A stretch of 64,000 bases of DNA from Planctomycetota bacterium (GTDB lineage: Bacteria > Planctomycetota > B15-G4 > SIAN01): contig JAEUIC010000030.1 of NCBI GenBank assembly GCA_016795285.1, forward strand, positions 148,435 through 212,434. Reading direction: 5' to 3'. Numbering within the stretch: the first letter of the stretch is position 1; each line of letters opens with the position of its first letter. The notes beneath the pieces are model-generated. The model was given only the letters and a program-made list of their open reading frames with translations, was not told where the DNA came from and did no database searches. Below are positions 47,548 through 55,743 of this stretch, one piece after another. Both the position numbers and the translations under genes were made by a program.

Positions 47548-47873
47548 ACCCGCACGAACGCGAGGAAAGCCGCGCCGCCACCGGCGCTCCTCCCGCCCAG
47601 GCGCCACCGCCGCCGCCGCCGATCGACGAAGCGGCCCGGCGCCGCCGCATCCGCCGCTTCGGCCTCGCGCTTGCAGCAGGTGTCGCGGTCCTCGTGCTGT
47701 TCGCGATCGGCTACGTCACGCTCTTCGACCACGTGCTGGCCGATCCGACCCGCCCGCCGACCGCCACTGCGCAACCCAATCCGCGCGTCGTGATCTTCGA
47801 GGTGCTGCTCGCGGCTGCGCTGGCCGTCGGGGCGACGACGTGGTGGGTGCGCCGCAAGGGGCGCTCGTCATGA
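47544..47873 (+). CDS. Small two-TM membrane protein of unknown function in the oxidase assembly block
   Basis: ATGA overlaps at both ends (with ctaB and the SCO gene). Pro-rich N-terminus, then two hydrophobic helices: FGLALAAGVAVLVLFAIGYV and VVIFEVLLAAALAVGATTWWV. Confidence 0.5.
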   Translation: MNPHEREESRAATGAPPAQAPPPPPPIDEAARRRRIRRFGLALAAGVAVLVLFAIGYVTLFDHVLADPTRPPTATAQPNPRVVIFEVLLAAALAVGATTWWVRRKGRSS

Positions 47874-48643
47874 ACCAGCCGATCGAGCCGAATCCGCCGG
47901 CCTCTGCGCCGGAGTCGACCGCGCCGCCGGCGCCGAATGGCGCGCGGCCCGCCGCCAAGCCGGGCTCCTTCGCGCCGATCGCACTCGGCCTCGCGCTGAC
48001 GATGCTGGTCGCGGTGGCGATCCAGCGGCTGCGCAGCGGCGCAGACGATCCGTCGGCTGATCCTGCGGCTGGCGCCGCAGCGGCGATCGGCAAGGGCGAG
48101 AAGCTCGCGGTGTGGGGGCCGATGCCGGAGATCGAGCTGATCGACGCGAAGAACCGCCCCTATCCGCTCGCGCAGCAGCGCGGCCGCGTCACCGTGGTGA
48201 ACTTCTTCTTCACCGGCTGCCCGGGTCCGTGCGTCGACCTCACCCAGAAGGTGCGCACCCTGCTGGCGAGCTTCCGCGCGGAGCCCGACGTCGACTTCCT
48301 CAGCATCAGCGTCGATCCCGAGGCCGACACGCCCGATCAGCTCGCCACCTTCGCGCGCGTGCAGGGCGGCGAGTTCCTGCGCTGGCACTGGCTCACCGGC
48401 ACGAAGCAGCAGGTCACCGACGTCTGCCTCGGCTTCTTCGCGCCGTTCGGCGAGAAGGATGCGGCGGGCGACATCGTCCACTCGACCAAGCTCTACGTGG
48501 TCGATCGCCAGGGACGGATCCGCTCGATGGTGAACACGACGCTCGATCCCGACTGGCTCGCCAGTGCGGCGCATGCGATCCGCCTGCTGCTCGCGGGCGA
48601 TGCCGGTGCCGACGAGGCGGAGCTGCCTTCGAAAGCGAACTGA
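47870..48643 (+). CDS. SCO1/SenC-family copper chaperone / thiol-disulfide protein
   Basis: TM anchor, thioredoxin-fold motif VVNFFFTGCPGPCVD (CxxxC) and the conserved His in DIVHSTKLYVVD. Confidence 0.85.
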   Translation: MNQPIEPNPPASAPESTAPPAPNGARPAAKPGSFAPIALGLALTMLVAVAIQRLRSGADDPSADPAAGAAAAIGKGEKLAVWGPMPEIELIDAKNRPYPLAQQRGRVTVVNFFFTGCPGPCVDLTQKVRTLLASFRAEPDVDFLSISVDPEADTPDQLATFARVQGGEFLRWHWLTGTKQQVTDVCLGFFAPFGEKDAAGDIVHSTKLYVVDRQGRIRSMVNTTLDPDWLASAAHAIRLLLAGDAGADEAELPSKAN

Positions 48644-48694
48644 GGGCGTCGCCGCGCCCCCTGCCGAGCGATCCCCCAAGAGGTCCGTCCCGCG

Positions 48695-49189
48695 ATGGCG
48701 CTGCTCGCCTTCCACCTGCCGACGCTGAACGCCTGCCTCAACGCGCTGGCGGCGCTGCTGCTGGTCTGCGGCTTCGTCGCGATCCGCCGCGGGCAGCGCG
48801 AGCGGCACAAGCGGCTGATGCTCGCCGCCTTCGCGACCTCGACCGTCTTCCTGGTCTGCTACCTGATCCACAAGGCGACCGCCGGCCACACCCCGTTCCC
48901 CGGCAGCGGCACGGCGAAGACGATCTACCTTGCGATCCTCCTCACCCACACGATCCTCGCCGCGAGCGTCGTCCCGCTGGCGCTGCTGACCATGCGCGCC
49001 GCCTTCACGCAGAGGTTCGAGCGCCACAAGAAGCTCGCGCGCGTCACCTTCCCGATCTGGCTCTACGTCTCGATCACCGGCGTCGTGATCTGGTGGTTCC
49101 TCTACTCGGGCACCTTCGACCCGCCTGTCGCGCCTGCAAGTCCGGAGGCCGGCGCTCAGCCGCCCGCCGGTGCCGCGGCGCCGCGCTAA
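48695..49189 (+). CDS. DUF420-family membrane protein (CtaM-like oxidase assembly factor)
   Basis: Four TM helices with NA.LN...A..LL..G...I...Q...H...M and ILLTHTILAA...HKKLARVTFPIWLYVSITGV, typical of DUF420. Confidence 0.8.
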   Translation: MALLAFHLPTLNACLNALAALLLVCGFVAIRRGQRERHKRLMLAAFATSTVFLVCYLIHKATAGHTPFPGSGTAKTIYLAILLTHTILAASVVPLALLTMRAAFTQRFERHKKLARVTFPIWLYVSITGVVIWWFLYSGTFDPPVAPASPEAGAQPPAGAAAPR

Positions 49190-49200
49190 CCTCCGCCGCC

Positions 49201-49557
49201 ATGTCGCCGCTCGCTCCAGCGCTTGCTCGCTTCGCCGCCACGTTCCGCGCGCCGGGGCGGGAACGCGTCGCAGCGGTGGCTCGCCTCGCGCGCTGGCTCG
49301 TGCTGGCGGCGCTGCTGCTCGGCGGCCCGTTGCCGCGCGCGGCGGCGCAATGCGCGATGTGAAAGGACTCCGCCTACGATCAGGTGGATCGTGCCCAAAG
49401 CGACCGACTCGGTGCTGCCTTCAATTCGAGCGTCTACCTGATGCTCGGAGTCCCGGCGCTGCTGCTCTGCGGGTTGGTGACGGTGATCGTCGTCAACGTG
49501 CGCGCGCGGGCGCGTCTCGAGGGCGACGCGCCGCGCGATCCGTCGTCGGCGCCGTGA
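49201..49557 (+). CDS. Candidate selenoprotein: small signal-peptide plus C-terminal-TM-anchored protein with a C-A-M-U(TGA) motif
   Basis: The frame of ATG 49201 (alternative GTG 49276 gives the signal MARLARWLVLAALLLGGPLPRAAA/Q) reads ...QCAM, then TGA at 49360-49362. It continues in the same frame with G/C-rich third positions: KDSAYDQVDRAQSDRLGAAFNSSVYLMLGVPALLLCGLVTVIVVNVRARARLEGDAPRDPSSAP, then TGA at 49555-49557. A hairpin lies 13 nt after the TGA. Without recoding this would be two very short ORFs. Confidence 0.45.
49375..49393 (+). promoter_or_regulatory. SECIS-like hairpin downstream of the in-frame TGA
   Basis: UACGAUC-AGGUG-GAUCGUG: 6 Watson-Crick pairs plus 1 G-U pair. The apical loop contains GGU at nt 24-26 counted from the U of UGA. 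That is close to the position of the G23/U24 loop of the E. coli fdhF SECIS. Confidence 0.35.
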
Positions 49558-49570
49558 GGGCGAACGGGCC

Positions 49571-50539
49571 GTGACGCTGCCGCCCCCGCCGCCGACCCCG
49601 CCGCCGCCATCGCTTCCGGCCGCGCTCCCGTTCGTCAAGCTGCACGGCTGCGCGAACGACTACGTGCTGGTCGATGGCTGCGCGGCGACGCTGCCCGATT
49701 GGGGCGCCTTCGCGCGCGCCGCCTGCGATCGCCGCCGGGGCATCGGCGCCGACGGGCTCCTCGTGGTGTTGCCGGCCGCGCCCGCTGCGGACGCGCGCAT
49801 GGCGATGTTCAACCCCGACGGCAGCGAGGCGGAGATGTGCGGCAACGGGCTGCGCTGCCTCGGCAAGTTCCTCCACGACCGCCGCCGCGTCGGCCGCGAG
49901 TTCCGCATCGCGACGCGCGCCGGCGTGGTGGCGATGCAGGTCGAGCAGATCGATGCCGCCGGCCGCGCCACCCGCCTCGCCGCGACGCTCGGCGTGCCCG
50001 ACTTCCGCCGCGCCGCGGTGCCGATGGCCGGTCCGCCCGAGCTCCCCGCGCGCGACGAGCCGTTCGCCCTGGCGGGACGCACGTTGCGCCTCACCGCCTT
50101 GCGGCTCGGCAACCCGCACGCCGTCGTCTTCGTCGACGACGTGGCGCGCTACCCGGTCCACTCGGTCGGACCGGCGCTGGAACGCGACCCGCGCTTCCCG
50201 GCGCGCGTCAACGTCGAGTTCGTCGAGGTGGTCGCGAACGGCCGGCTGCGTCAACGCACGTGGGAGCGCGGCGCCGGCGAGACGCTGGCGTGCGGCAGCG
50301 GTGCGACGGCTGCCGCCATCGTCGCGCGCCTGGTGCACGGCTTCCCGGCCGACGTCGCCGTCGCGCTGCTCGGCGGCGAGGTGACCGTCCGTTGGGAGGG
50401 GGAGGGGCAGCCGGCGACGCTCGCCGGCCCGGCGGTCGAGATCGGCAGCGGGACGCTCGATCCCGCCGCGCTGCTCGCCGACGCCGCGCCGCCGATCGGC
50501 TTCGCCGCGCCCGCTCCCGACGCACCGCCGGCCGGTTGA
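49571..50539 (+). CDS. dapF: Diaminopimelate epimerase
   Basis: FVKLHGCANDYVLVD, MFNPDGSEAEMCGNGLRC, GNPHAVVFV, ERGAGETLACGSGATAAA (both catalytic Cys). GTG start with a Pro-rich leader; the start is uncertain. Confidence 0.9.
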   Translation: MTLPPPPPTPPPPSLPAALPFVKLHGCANDYVLVDGCAATLPDWGAFARAACDRRRGIGADGLLVVLPAAPAADARMAMFNPDGSEAEMCGNGLRCLGKFLHDRRRVGREFRIATRAGVVAMQVEQIDAAGRATRLAATLGVPDFRRAAVPMAGPPELPARDEPFALAGRTLRLTALRLGNPHAVVFVDDVARYPVHSVGPALERDPRFPARVNVEFVEVVANGRLRQRTWERGAGETLACGSGATAAAIVARLVHGFPADVAVALLGGEVTVRWEGEGQPATLAGPAVEIGSGTLDPAALLADAAPPIGFAAPAPDAPPAG

Positions 50540-50577
50540 GCGCACCGCGCCGCACCACGAGCCGGCGCATCGCGAGC

Positions 50578-50615
50578 GCACCTCCTATACTCCCGCGCCG
50601 TTCGTCGGGAGGTGC
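50578..50615 (+). promoter_or_regulatory. Hairpin pairing an upstream CCUCC box with the RBS of the following gene
   Basis: GCACCTCC (50578-50585) is the perfect complement of GGAGGTGC (50608-50615), which contains the GGAGG located 3-10 nt before GTG 50619. The 22-nt loop begins with TATACT. Confidence 0.35.
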
Positions 50616-50618
50616 GAT

Positions 50619-51647
50619 GTGAAGCGGTCGAGAGGTGGCGGCGCCGGCAATCCGGCGATGGGCAACGGCGGAGCGGCAGCGGCGGCGCGTGCGCTCGAAC
50701 CGGCGCCGACCGCGGAGGCAGCGGGCATGGCGAGCGGTGCGCAGCCGAGCGAGGCGGAGGGCTGGTTCTCCGTGAGCCGTGCCGCGCAGTTGCTCGGCCT
50801 GCCGCTGCCGCGCATCTTCGACGCGATCCGCGACGGCAAGCTGCAGGTGCGCTTCGAGCCGGGCAAGCCGGGCGAATCGGACAAGCCGCAGGTCACCTCG
50901 CCCGAGCTGAAGCAGAAGGCGCTGCAGTCGCAGTCGCCCGCTGGAACGGCGGCGGCGATCGGAGCCGCGCCGCCCAGCGCGCCCGCTCCGACGCCAACCA
51001 CGTCAGCCACGTCCACCACGTCACCGACGCCATCGACGTCGAGCGCGCCCGCGGCGGTCGCGCCCGCTGCAGCGGCCCGCGCGCCGGCGCCCGAAGCCAC
51101 ACCATCGCTCGAGCCCGCGCTCGCCGACGCGCGGCGCACCGTGCTGCGGCTCGAGAGCGAGGCGAAGGAGACGCGCGCGACGCTCGAGGAACTCGAGGAG
51201 CGGCTCGACGCGGCGCTGAAGGCGGTCTACGAGCGCGACGTCCGCATCGCGCGCCTCGAGGCGGAGGTCGCCGCCAACGTGAAGCTGCGCGAAGGGGCGG
51301 ACGGCTTCATCCGCCACCTCGAACACCGCCTCGACAAGACCGAGGAGCGCTCCGAGGAGAAGGAGAAGGAGATCCGCCGGCTCGCGGTCGGGCTCGGCGA
51401 GGCGCGCAGCGAGGTGCGGTTGCTGCGGCCGCCCGACGCTCCGCCGCCGTCGCCGTGGAAGCGGCGCGGGCGCGACGCGCTGCTGCTGCTGGTGGCGGTG
51501 GCGATCGGCGGCGCGGTCGGCTACTTCGCGTACCAGATGTCGAGCAAGGAGCTGCCGCTCCAGGCGAGCATCGCGGCAGGCAGCGGAGCGGTGGCGGCAT
51601 GGATCGTGGCGACCTTGGTCGAGCGGCTGCGGAAGGCGAAGGCGTGA
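50619..51647 (+). CDS. Membrane-anchored protein with an excisionase/MerR-like HTH, a Pro/Ser/Thr/Ala linker and a coiled coil
   Basis: WFSVSRAAQLLGLPLPRIFDAIRDGKL (HTH-like), a PTPTTSATSTTSPTPSTSS linker, a heptad region LESEAKETRATLEELEERLDAALKAVYERDVRIARLEAE... and two C-terminal hydrophobic helices. The start is uncertain (GTG 50619 or internal ATGs). Confidence 0.55.
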   Translation: MKRSRGGGAGNPAMGNGGAAAAARALEPAPTAEAAGMASGAQPSEAEGWFSVSRAAQLLGLPLPRIFDAIRDGKLQVRFEPGKPGESDKPQVTSPELKQKALQSQSPAGTAAAIGAAPPSAPAPTPTTSATSTTSPTPSTSSAPAAVAPAAAARAPAPEATPSLEPALADARRTVLRLESEAKETRATLEELEERLDAALKAVYERDVRIARLEAEVAANVKLREGADGFIRHLEHRLDKTEERSEEKEKEIRRLAVGLGEARSEVRLLRPPDAPPPSPWKRRGRDALLLLVAVAIGGAVGYFAYQMSSKELPLQASIAAGSGAVAAWIVATLVERLRKAKA

Positions 51648-52516
51648 ACGAGGCCGTGCGGCGCGCGCGGCGGCTGCCGCGGTCGCTCTTGGCAGGCGTG
51701 GCCGCGGGCGTGCTGGCGTGCTGCAGCGAAGCGCCGCCGCCGCCGCCGCTCTTCGAGGGGGCGGCGCCGCTCCGGCTCGCGACGGTCGAGCGCGGCGAGT
51801 TGCCGACCCCGCAGGAGATCGAGCAGCTCATTGCTCGCCTCGTGGAGGTCGCGGGCGGCGCCGAGCGGTGGCGGACGCTGCGCTTCAAGCGGGTCGAGGA
51901 TCTCTACCTGTTGCGCACGGGCAGCCAGCTCGGCAACCAGGTGATCGCGACGACGTGGATGCGCCCCGACCAGACGGTGCGCGTCGAACTCGAGTACCGC
52001 GGCGGCGAACGCGAGTTGCGCGTGATGCTGAACCGCGAGGAGTTCGTCCATCCGCAGCTCGGTTCGCTGCAGTACGCGACCGGCGGCACCCAGCAGCACG
52101 TCGAGTGGGACTGGGAGGTCGTGCAGCTTCCGTACAACCTGCTCGCCGCCGAGGAACTGAAGCCGCTGCCGTACGAGGGGAGCGGCGCCGATCGACGCAT
52201 CGGGCTGGCGGTGAAGCTGCCGGGCTTGAGCCCGCCGTTCGAGGCGTGGATCGATCCGGCGGGGCCGGTCGTCGTCGAGGTGCGCACCGAGTTGCCGGTC
52301 ACCGCCGACCTCTCGTTCCGGACGATGGCGCGCCATCGGCAGCTCTTCTCCGACTGGCGGCGCGTCGACGGCGTGCTGCTCGCGCATCGCCGCGAGATCC
52401 ACGCCGACGATCGCCGCATCGGGCTGGCGGAGACGCGCAGCTACGACCTCGCCGTGGAGATCCCCGACTCGGTGATCCTGCCGATCCGGCCCGAGCTCCC
52501 CGAGCTGCCGAAGTAA
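51644..52516 (+). CDS. Lipoprotein of unknown function (LolA-like/DUF-type beta-rich protein)
   Basis: The GTG overlaps the upstream stop (GTGA). Lipobox LAGVAAGVLAC. The ~270-aa mature part is beta-rich with no recognisable catalytic motif. Confidence 0.6.
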   Translation: MNEAVRRARRLPRSLLAGVAAGVLACCSEAPPPPPLFEGAAPLRLATVERGELPTPQEIEQLIARLVEVAGGAERWRTLRFKRVEDLYLLRTGSQLGNQVIATTWMRPDQTVRVELEYRGGERELRVMLNREEFVHPQLGSLQYATGGTQQHVEWDWEVVQLPYNLLAAEELKPLPYEGSGADRRIGLAVKLPGLSPPFEAWIDPAGPVVVEVRTELPVTADLSFRTMARHRQLFSDWRRVDGVLLAHRREIHADDRRIGLAETRSYDLAVEIPDSVILPIRPELPELPK

Positions 52517-52526
52517 GCGCTCCGGC

Positions 52527-52556
52527 GCGCGCCGAGGGGGTCGACCCCCGGCGCGC
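52527..52556. terminator. GC-rich palindromic hairpin between convergent genes (possible bidirectional terminator)
   Basis: GCGCGCC-AG(bulge)-GGGGG TCGA CCCCC GGCGCGC: about 12 bp of stem around a TCGA loop. It is embedded in a larger palindrome CGGCGCGCGCCG...CGGCGCGCGCCG. No T-tract. Confidence 0.4.
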
Positions 52557-52623
52557 GCCGTTCGAGAGCAGCGATCACGAGTCGCAGCGAGCCTCCGGAC
52601 ACCGAGGCTCCGGACACCGCCGC

Positions 52624-55600
52624 TCAGTGCGGGGTGGTGCCCGACACGGCGTTGGTCATCGCGAGCCCTTCCGGCGCGCCCGGATCGAGCACGATCGCCT
52701 GGATGAAGAAGCTCTCGCCGGCCGGAACGTCGCTCGCGATGCAGTCGCTGAAGCTGAACGCGCCGTTGCCGTCGCTGAAGAGCCCCGACAGCACGATGTC
52801 GGGCGCCGGCACCAGCACGCCGCCGGCGAACGGGATGCAGGTCGGCGTGAGGCCCACCACGATCCACGCCGGAGCGTTCGGCAGCGCGCCGGTCACGTCG
52901 GCGGTGATGAAGGTGAGCGGCCGCATGTCGCCGCTCATCGTCAGCAGCGGTGCGCCGTTGGTGCCGGCGAGCGACTCGCCGAGGTCGGCCCACGCGCCGG
53001 TCGGCTCGCTGCGGAAGCGGACGGTGAGGTAGATCTGCGTCGGGTCGACCGTCGCGCCGGCGATGGCGAGGCCGTCGCACGGCGAGACGTCCTGGAACGA
53101 GAGGCCGCCGGTGGTGAGAAAGGGGCCGTCGATGCGCGGGCCGGCGAACGGCGTGGCGCGCAGCGCCTGCACGCGCGCCGCGAGCCGGTAGACGCGGCCC
53201 GGCTCGAGCGTGGCGTCGAGCGGGTGGTAGTTGCGGTCGTTGCGCGCGCGGATGCCGTAGCTGCGCAGGCCGCCGGCCGCCAGCACCGGGTTCAGCGGAT
53301 CGGTCACGTCCCACACGAAGAAGTTGGCCGGCACGCCGTTGCAGTCGACCGTCGCGGCGAACTTGCCGTCCAGCACGATCTCCTCGAGGCGCTGCGCCGC
53401 CGTCGCGCCGCTCGTGTCGATCTCGAGGCCGACGAACCAGTCGCTCGACGGAGCGGGCACGGGCGCCGCGATCGGCGTGTCGAGGCCGGCCAGCACGAGG
53501 CTCTCGTTGACGGTGGTGAGCGGCTCGAGCGGCGCGGCCGGCACGAAGTCGCAGCCGTCGATCTGCACGCGGCCGCTGCGGAAGACGACGATCTCGCGAT
53601 CGTGCAGCTGCGCGAGGTCCAAGTCGCCGAGCACCGGGTTCACGTGGCGATCGACGCGCACGGTCTTCTGCGCGGCAGTCCCCTTGAAGTCGACGATCAG
53701 CCGGAAGTGGACGTCCTTCTCGGGCGCCGGATCGGGATCGATCGGCAGCGCGAAGTGGAGCACGTACTCGTTCTGGTTCAGGTAGCCGGCCGAAGTGGAG
53801 ACCACCTTGGTGCGGCGGTTGGTGTCGGTCGGGTGGTCGAACGGGACGATCGTCACCTGCGCGCCGAACTCCGACTCGAGGCCGTCGTCGAAGCGGTCGG
53901 AGTCGCGCATCACGCGCACGCGCACGTGGCGCTTGCTCTCGAACGGCGTGGTGCCGTCGTAGGTGTAGTTCTCGTAGAGGCGCCCGCGCTCCGCCCAATT
54001 GCCGAGCGCCGAGTCGAGGTCGCCGTCCTTGTCGAAGTCGCCCCACGCGGGCGTGGCATCGGTGACGTGACCGGCCGGGATGCTGTGGGTCGCGACCGTG
54101 AAGTGGCGATCGCCGCCGCTCTCCTGGAACTGGTTGCGCCGGAAGACCTCGCTCGACGTGACGTCGATGTCGCCGTCGTTGTCCCAGTCCTCGAACGAGA
54201 GCCCGAGGCAGAGCCCGGTGTTGAACGAGTCGAAGACGCTCTTCGGCTGGACGACGAAGGTGCCGTCGCCCTTGCTCTCGAACATGCGCACGCCCTTCGT
54301 GCTGTCGCAGAAGGCGAGGCAGAGGTCCATGTCGCCGTCCATGTCGTAGTCGAGGAAGCCGCCGCCCTCGTCGAGCACGTTGCTGAACACCACTCCCGAG
54401 CCGTTCTCCGTCATCGCCTCGAAGAGCGGGTTGCCCTGCGTCGAGACGTTGCGGTAGATCGTGTTGTTGCAGTAGAGGTCGAGGTCGCCGTCGAGGTCGA
54501 CGTCGACGAACTCGGCGCCTTCGGGGCGATTCACCGGCTGCGGCGGATTGTCGAGGCCGGCCGGACCGGAGAGCTCCTTGAACGAGTAGACGCCATTCGC
54601 GTCGGGGCCCTGGTTGTGGAGGAAGTAGTTCCCCGGGCCGCCGATCCAGTCGGGGTAGACCGGGAAGAACCAGTCGAGGTAGCTGTCGCCGTCGACGTCG
54701 GCGACCGAGTTGGTCTCGCACGGCGCCTGCGGCCGCACGTCGACGATCGCGGGATTGCCGGCCACCTCCTCGAAGAGGTCGTTGCCGAGCGCGTGGAGGA
54801 AGAAGGCGCCGCCGCTGCGCGGCTCGTCGCAGATGTCGAGCAGCTGGTCGCCGTCGTAGTCGGCCATGGCGCAGCCGTAGCGCGTGATCTTCGTCATCCA
54901 GGTCGACAGGTCGACCTGCTTCACCCAGTCGCTGCCGCCGAGGTTGCGCCAGAGCGCCTCGCCGTCGGCGTTCACGACATCGATCCAGCCGTCGTGGTCG
55001 TAGTCGCCGAAGCTGATGCCGTAGGTGTTGCCGAACACGAGGCCGGTCGGGAACCGCGAGTTGGTCCAGAGGCGCAGCGGCACGTCGTCGGCGGCGGGGC
55101 CGAGGCCCGAGCTCGGCGAGTAGAGCGTCGAGTGGACCGCGAGGACGGCGCCCTGCGTGGTGCCGGGCAGGATGTTGTTGGGCATCCACGCCATGCGCCA
55201 GACGTCGCTCGGGCCGGGCGGCAGCGCCGGCGCCCACTCGACGGGGAAGGTGCCGCCGACCAGCGTGTCGTTGCGCCACTCGCGGGAGTAGACGACGTTG
55301 GTGATCGGCGCCTTGCCGTTGTTGCGCAGCGTCACGCCGATCACGAGCGCGCCGGTGAACGGACAGAAGGAGAAGGTGTGCTCGATCTCGAGCGCACCGA
55401 CGCTGCTGACCATCACCGCGCCGCCGGCGGTGAAGCTGCTGCTGACCGGGGTCACCGGCGTGCGCCGCGCGTAGTCGGCGATCGGGCCGGCGCCCACCGC
55501 GCTCACATGGCCACCGAGCCGGTCGAACGAGACTCCGAACCACTCGGCCGTCCCGCGCGTGAACTCGATCATCGGGCCGTAGGTGGTGCAGAGCCCTTCG

Positions 55601-55743
55601 GCGGGCGGCGCCACCATCACTCCGATCGGATCGAGGCGGACGGCGTAGTCGCCGTTGCTGATCGTCTGGCCCGCGGCAGCGGAGGCGAAGGCCGCGAGCG
55701 CGCAGGGGAGAGCGAACGGCCAGCGTCGAGTCTCGGGGTGCAT
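52624..55743 (-). CDS. Secreted FG-GAP/VCBS-repeat protein with an ASPIC/UnbV domain (CRTAC1-like) and a long C-terminal extension
   Basis: GAGGAG RBS, ATG 55743, signal MHPETRRWPFALPCALAAFASAAAGQ. There are at least 7 Ca-binding-type repeats (FGDYDHDGWIDV, ADYDGDQLLDI, VADVDGDSYLDW, FVDVDLDGDLDLY, FLDYDMDGDMDL, FEDWDNDGDIDV, WGDFDKDGDLD). An UnbV-like stretch GAQVTIV...STSAGYLNQNEYVLHFAL follows. Confidence 0.85.
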   Translation of the reverse strand: MHPETRRWPFALPCALAAFASAAAGQTISNGDYAVRLDPIGVMVAPPAEGLCTTYGPMIEFTRGTAEWFGVSFDRLGGHVSAVGAGPIADYARRTPVTPVSSSFTAGGAVMVSSVGALEIEHTFSFCPFTGALVIGVTLRNNGKAPITNVVYSREWRNDTLVGGTFPVEWAPALPPGPSDVWRMAWMPNNILPGTTQGAVLAVHSTLYSPSSGLGPAADDVPLRLWTNSRFPTGLVFGNTYGISFGDYDHDGWIDVVNADGEALWRNLGGSDWVKQVDLSTWMTKITRYGCAMADYDGDQLLDICDEPRSGGAFFLHALGNDLFEEVAGNPAIVDVRPQAPCETNSVADVDGDSYLDWFFPVYPDWIGGPGNYFLHNQGPDANGVYSFKELSGPAGLDNPPQPVNRPEGAEFVDVDLDGDLDLYCNNTIYRNVSTQGNPLFEAMTENGSGVVFSNVLDEGGGFLDYDMDGDMDLCLAFCDSTKGVRMFESKGDGTFVVQPKSVFDSFNTGLCLGLSFEDWDNDGDIDVTSSEVFRRNQFQESGGDRHFTVATHSIPAGHVTDATPAWGDFDKDGDLDSALGNWAERGRLYENYTYDGTTPFESKRHVRVRVMRDSDRFDDGLESEFGAQVTIVPFDHPTDTNRRTKVVSTSAGYLNQNEYVLHFALPIDPDPAPEKDVHFRLIVDFKGTAAQKTVRVDRHVNPVLGDLDLAQLHDREIVVFRSGRVQIDGCDFVPAAPLEPLTTVNESLVLAGLDTPIAAPVPAPSSDWFVGLEIDTSGATAAQRLEEIVLDGKFAATVDCNGVPANFFVWDVTDPLNPVLAAGGLRSYGIRARNDRNYHPLDATLEPGRVYRLAARVQALRATPFAGPRIDGPFLTTGGLSFQDVSPCDGLAIAGATVDPTQIYLTVRFRSEPTGAWADLGESLAGTNGAPLLTMSGDMRPLTFITADVTGALPNAPAWIVVGLTPTCIPFAGGVLVPAPDIVLSGLFSDGNGAFSFSDCIASDVPAGESFFIQAIVLDPGAPEGLAMTNAVSGTTPH

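Noticed and set aside
49363-49557. Alternative reading of the selenoprotein candidate as an independent small ORF (for example GTG 49384: VDRAQSDRLGAAFNSS...)
   Set aside because: This is not fully rejected and is kept as the null hypothesis. I disfavour it for three reasons:
- The upstream ORF would then be a pointless signal peptide ending exactly at C-A-M-stop.
- The coding-type third-position bias runs through the TGA in one frame.
- There is no RBS before the internal GTG, and a SECIS-like hairpin occupies that spot.
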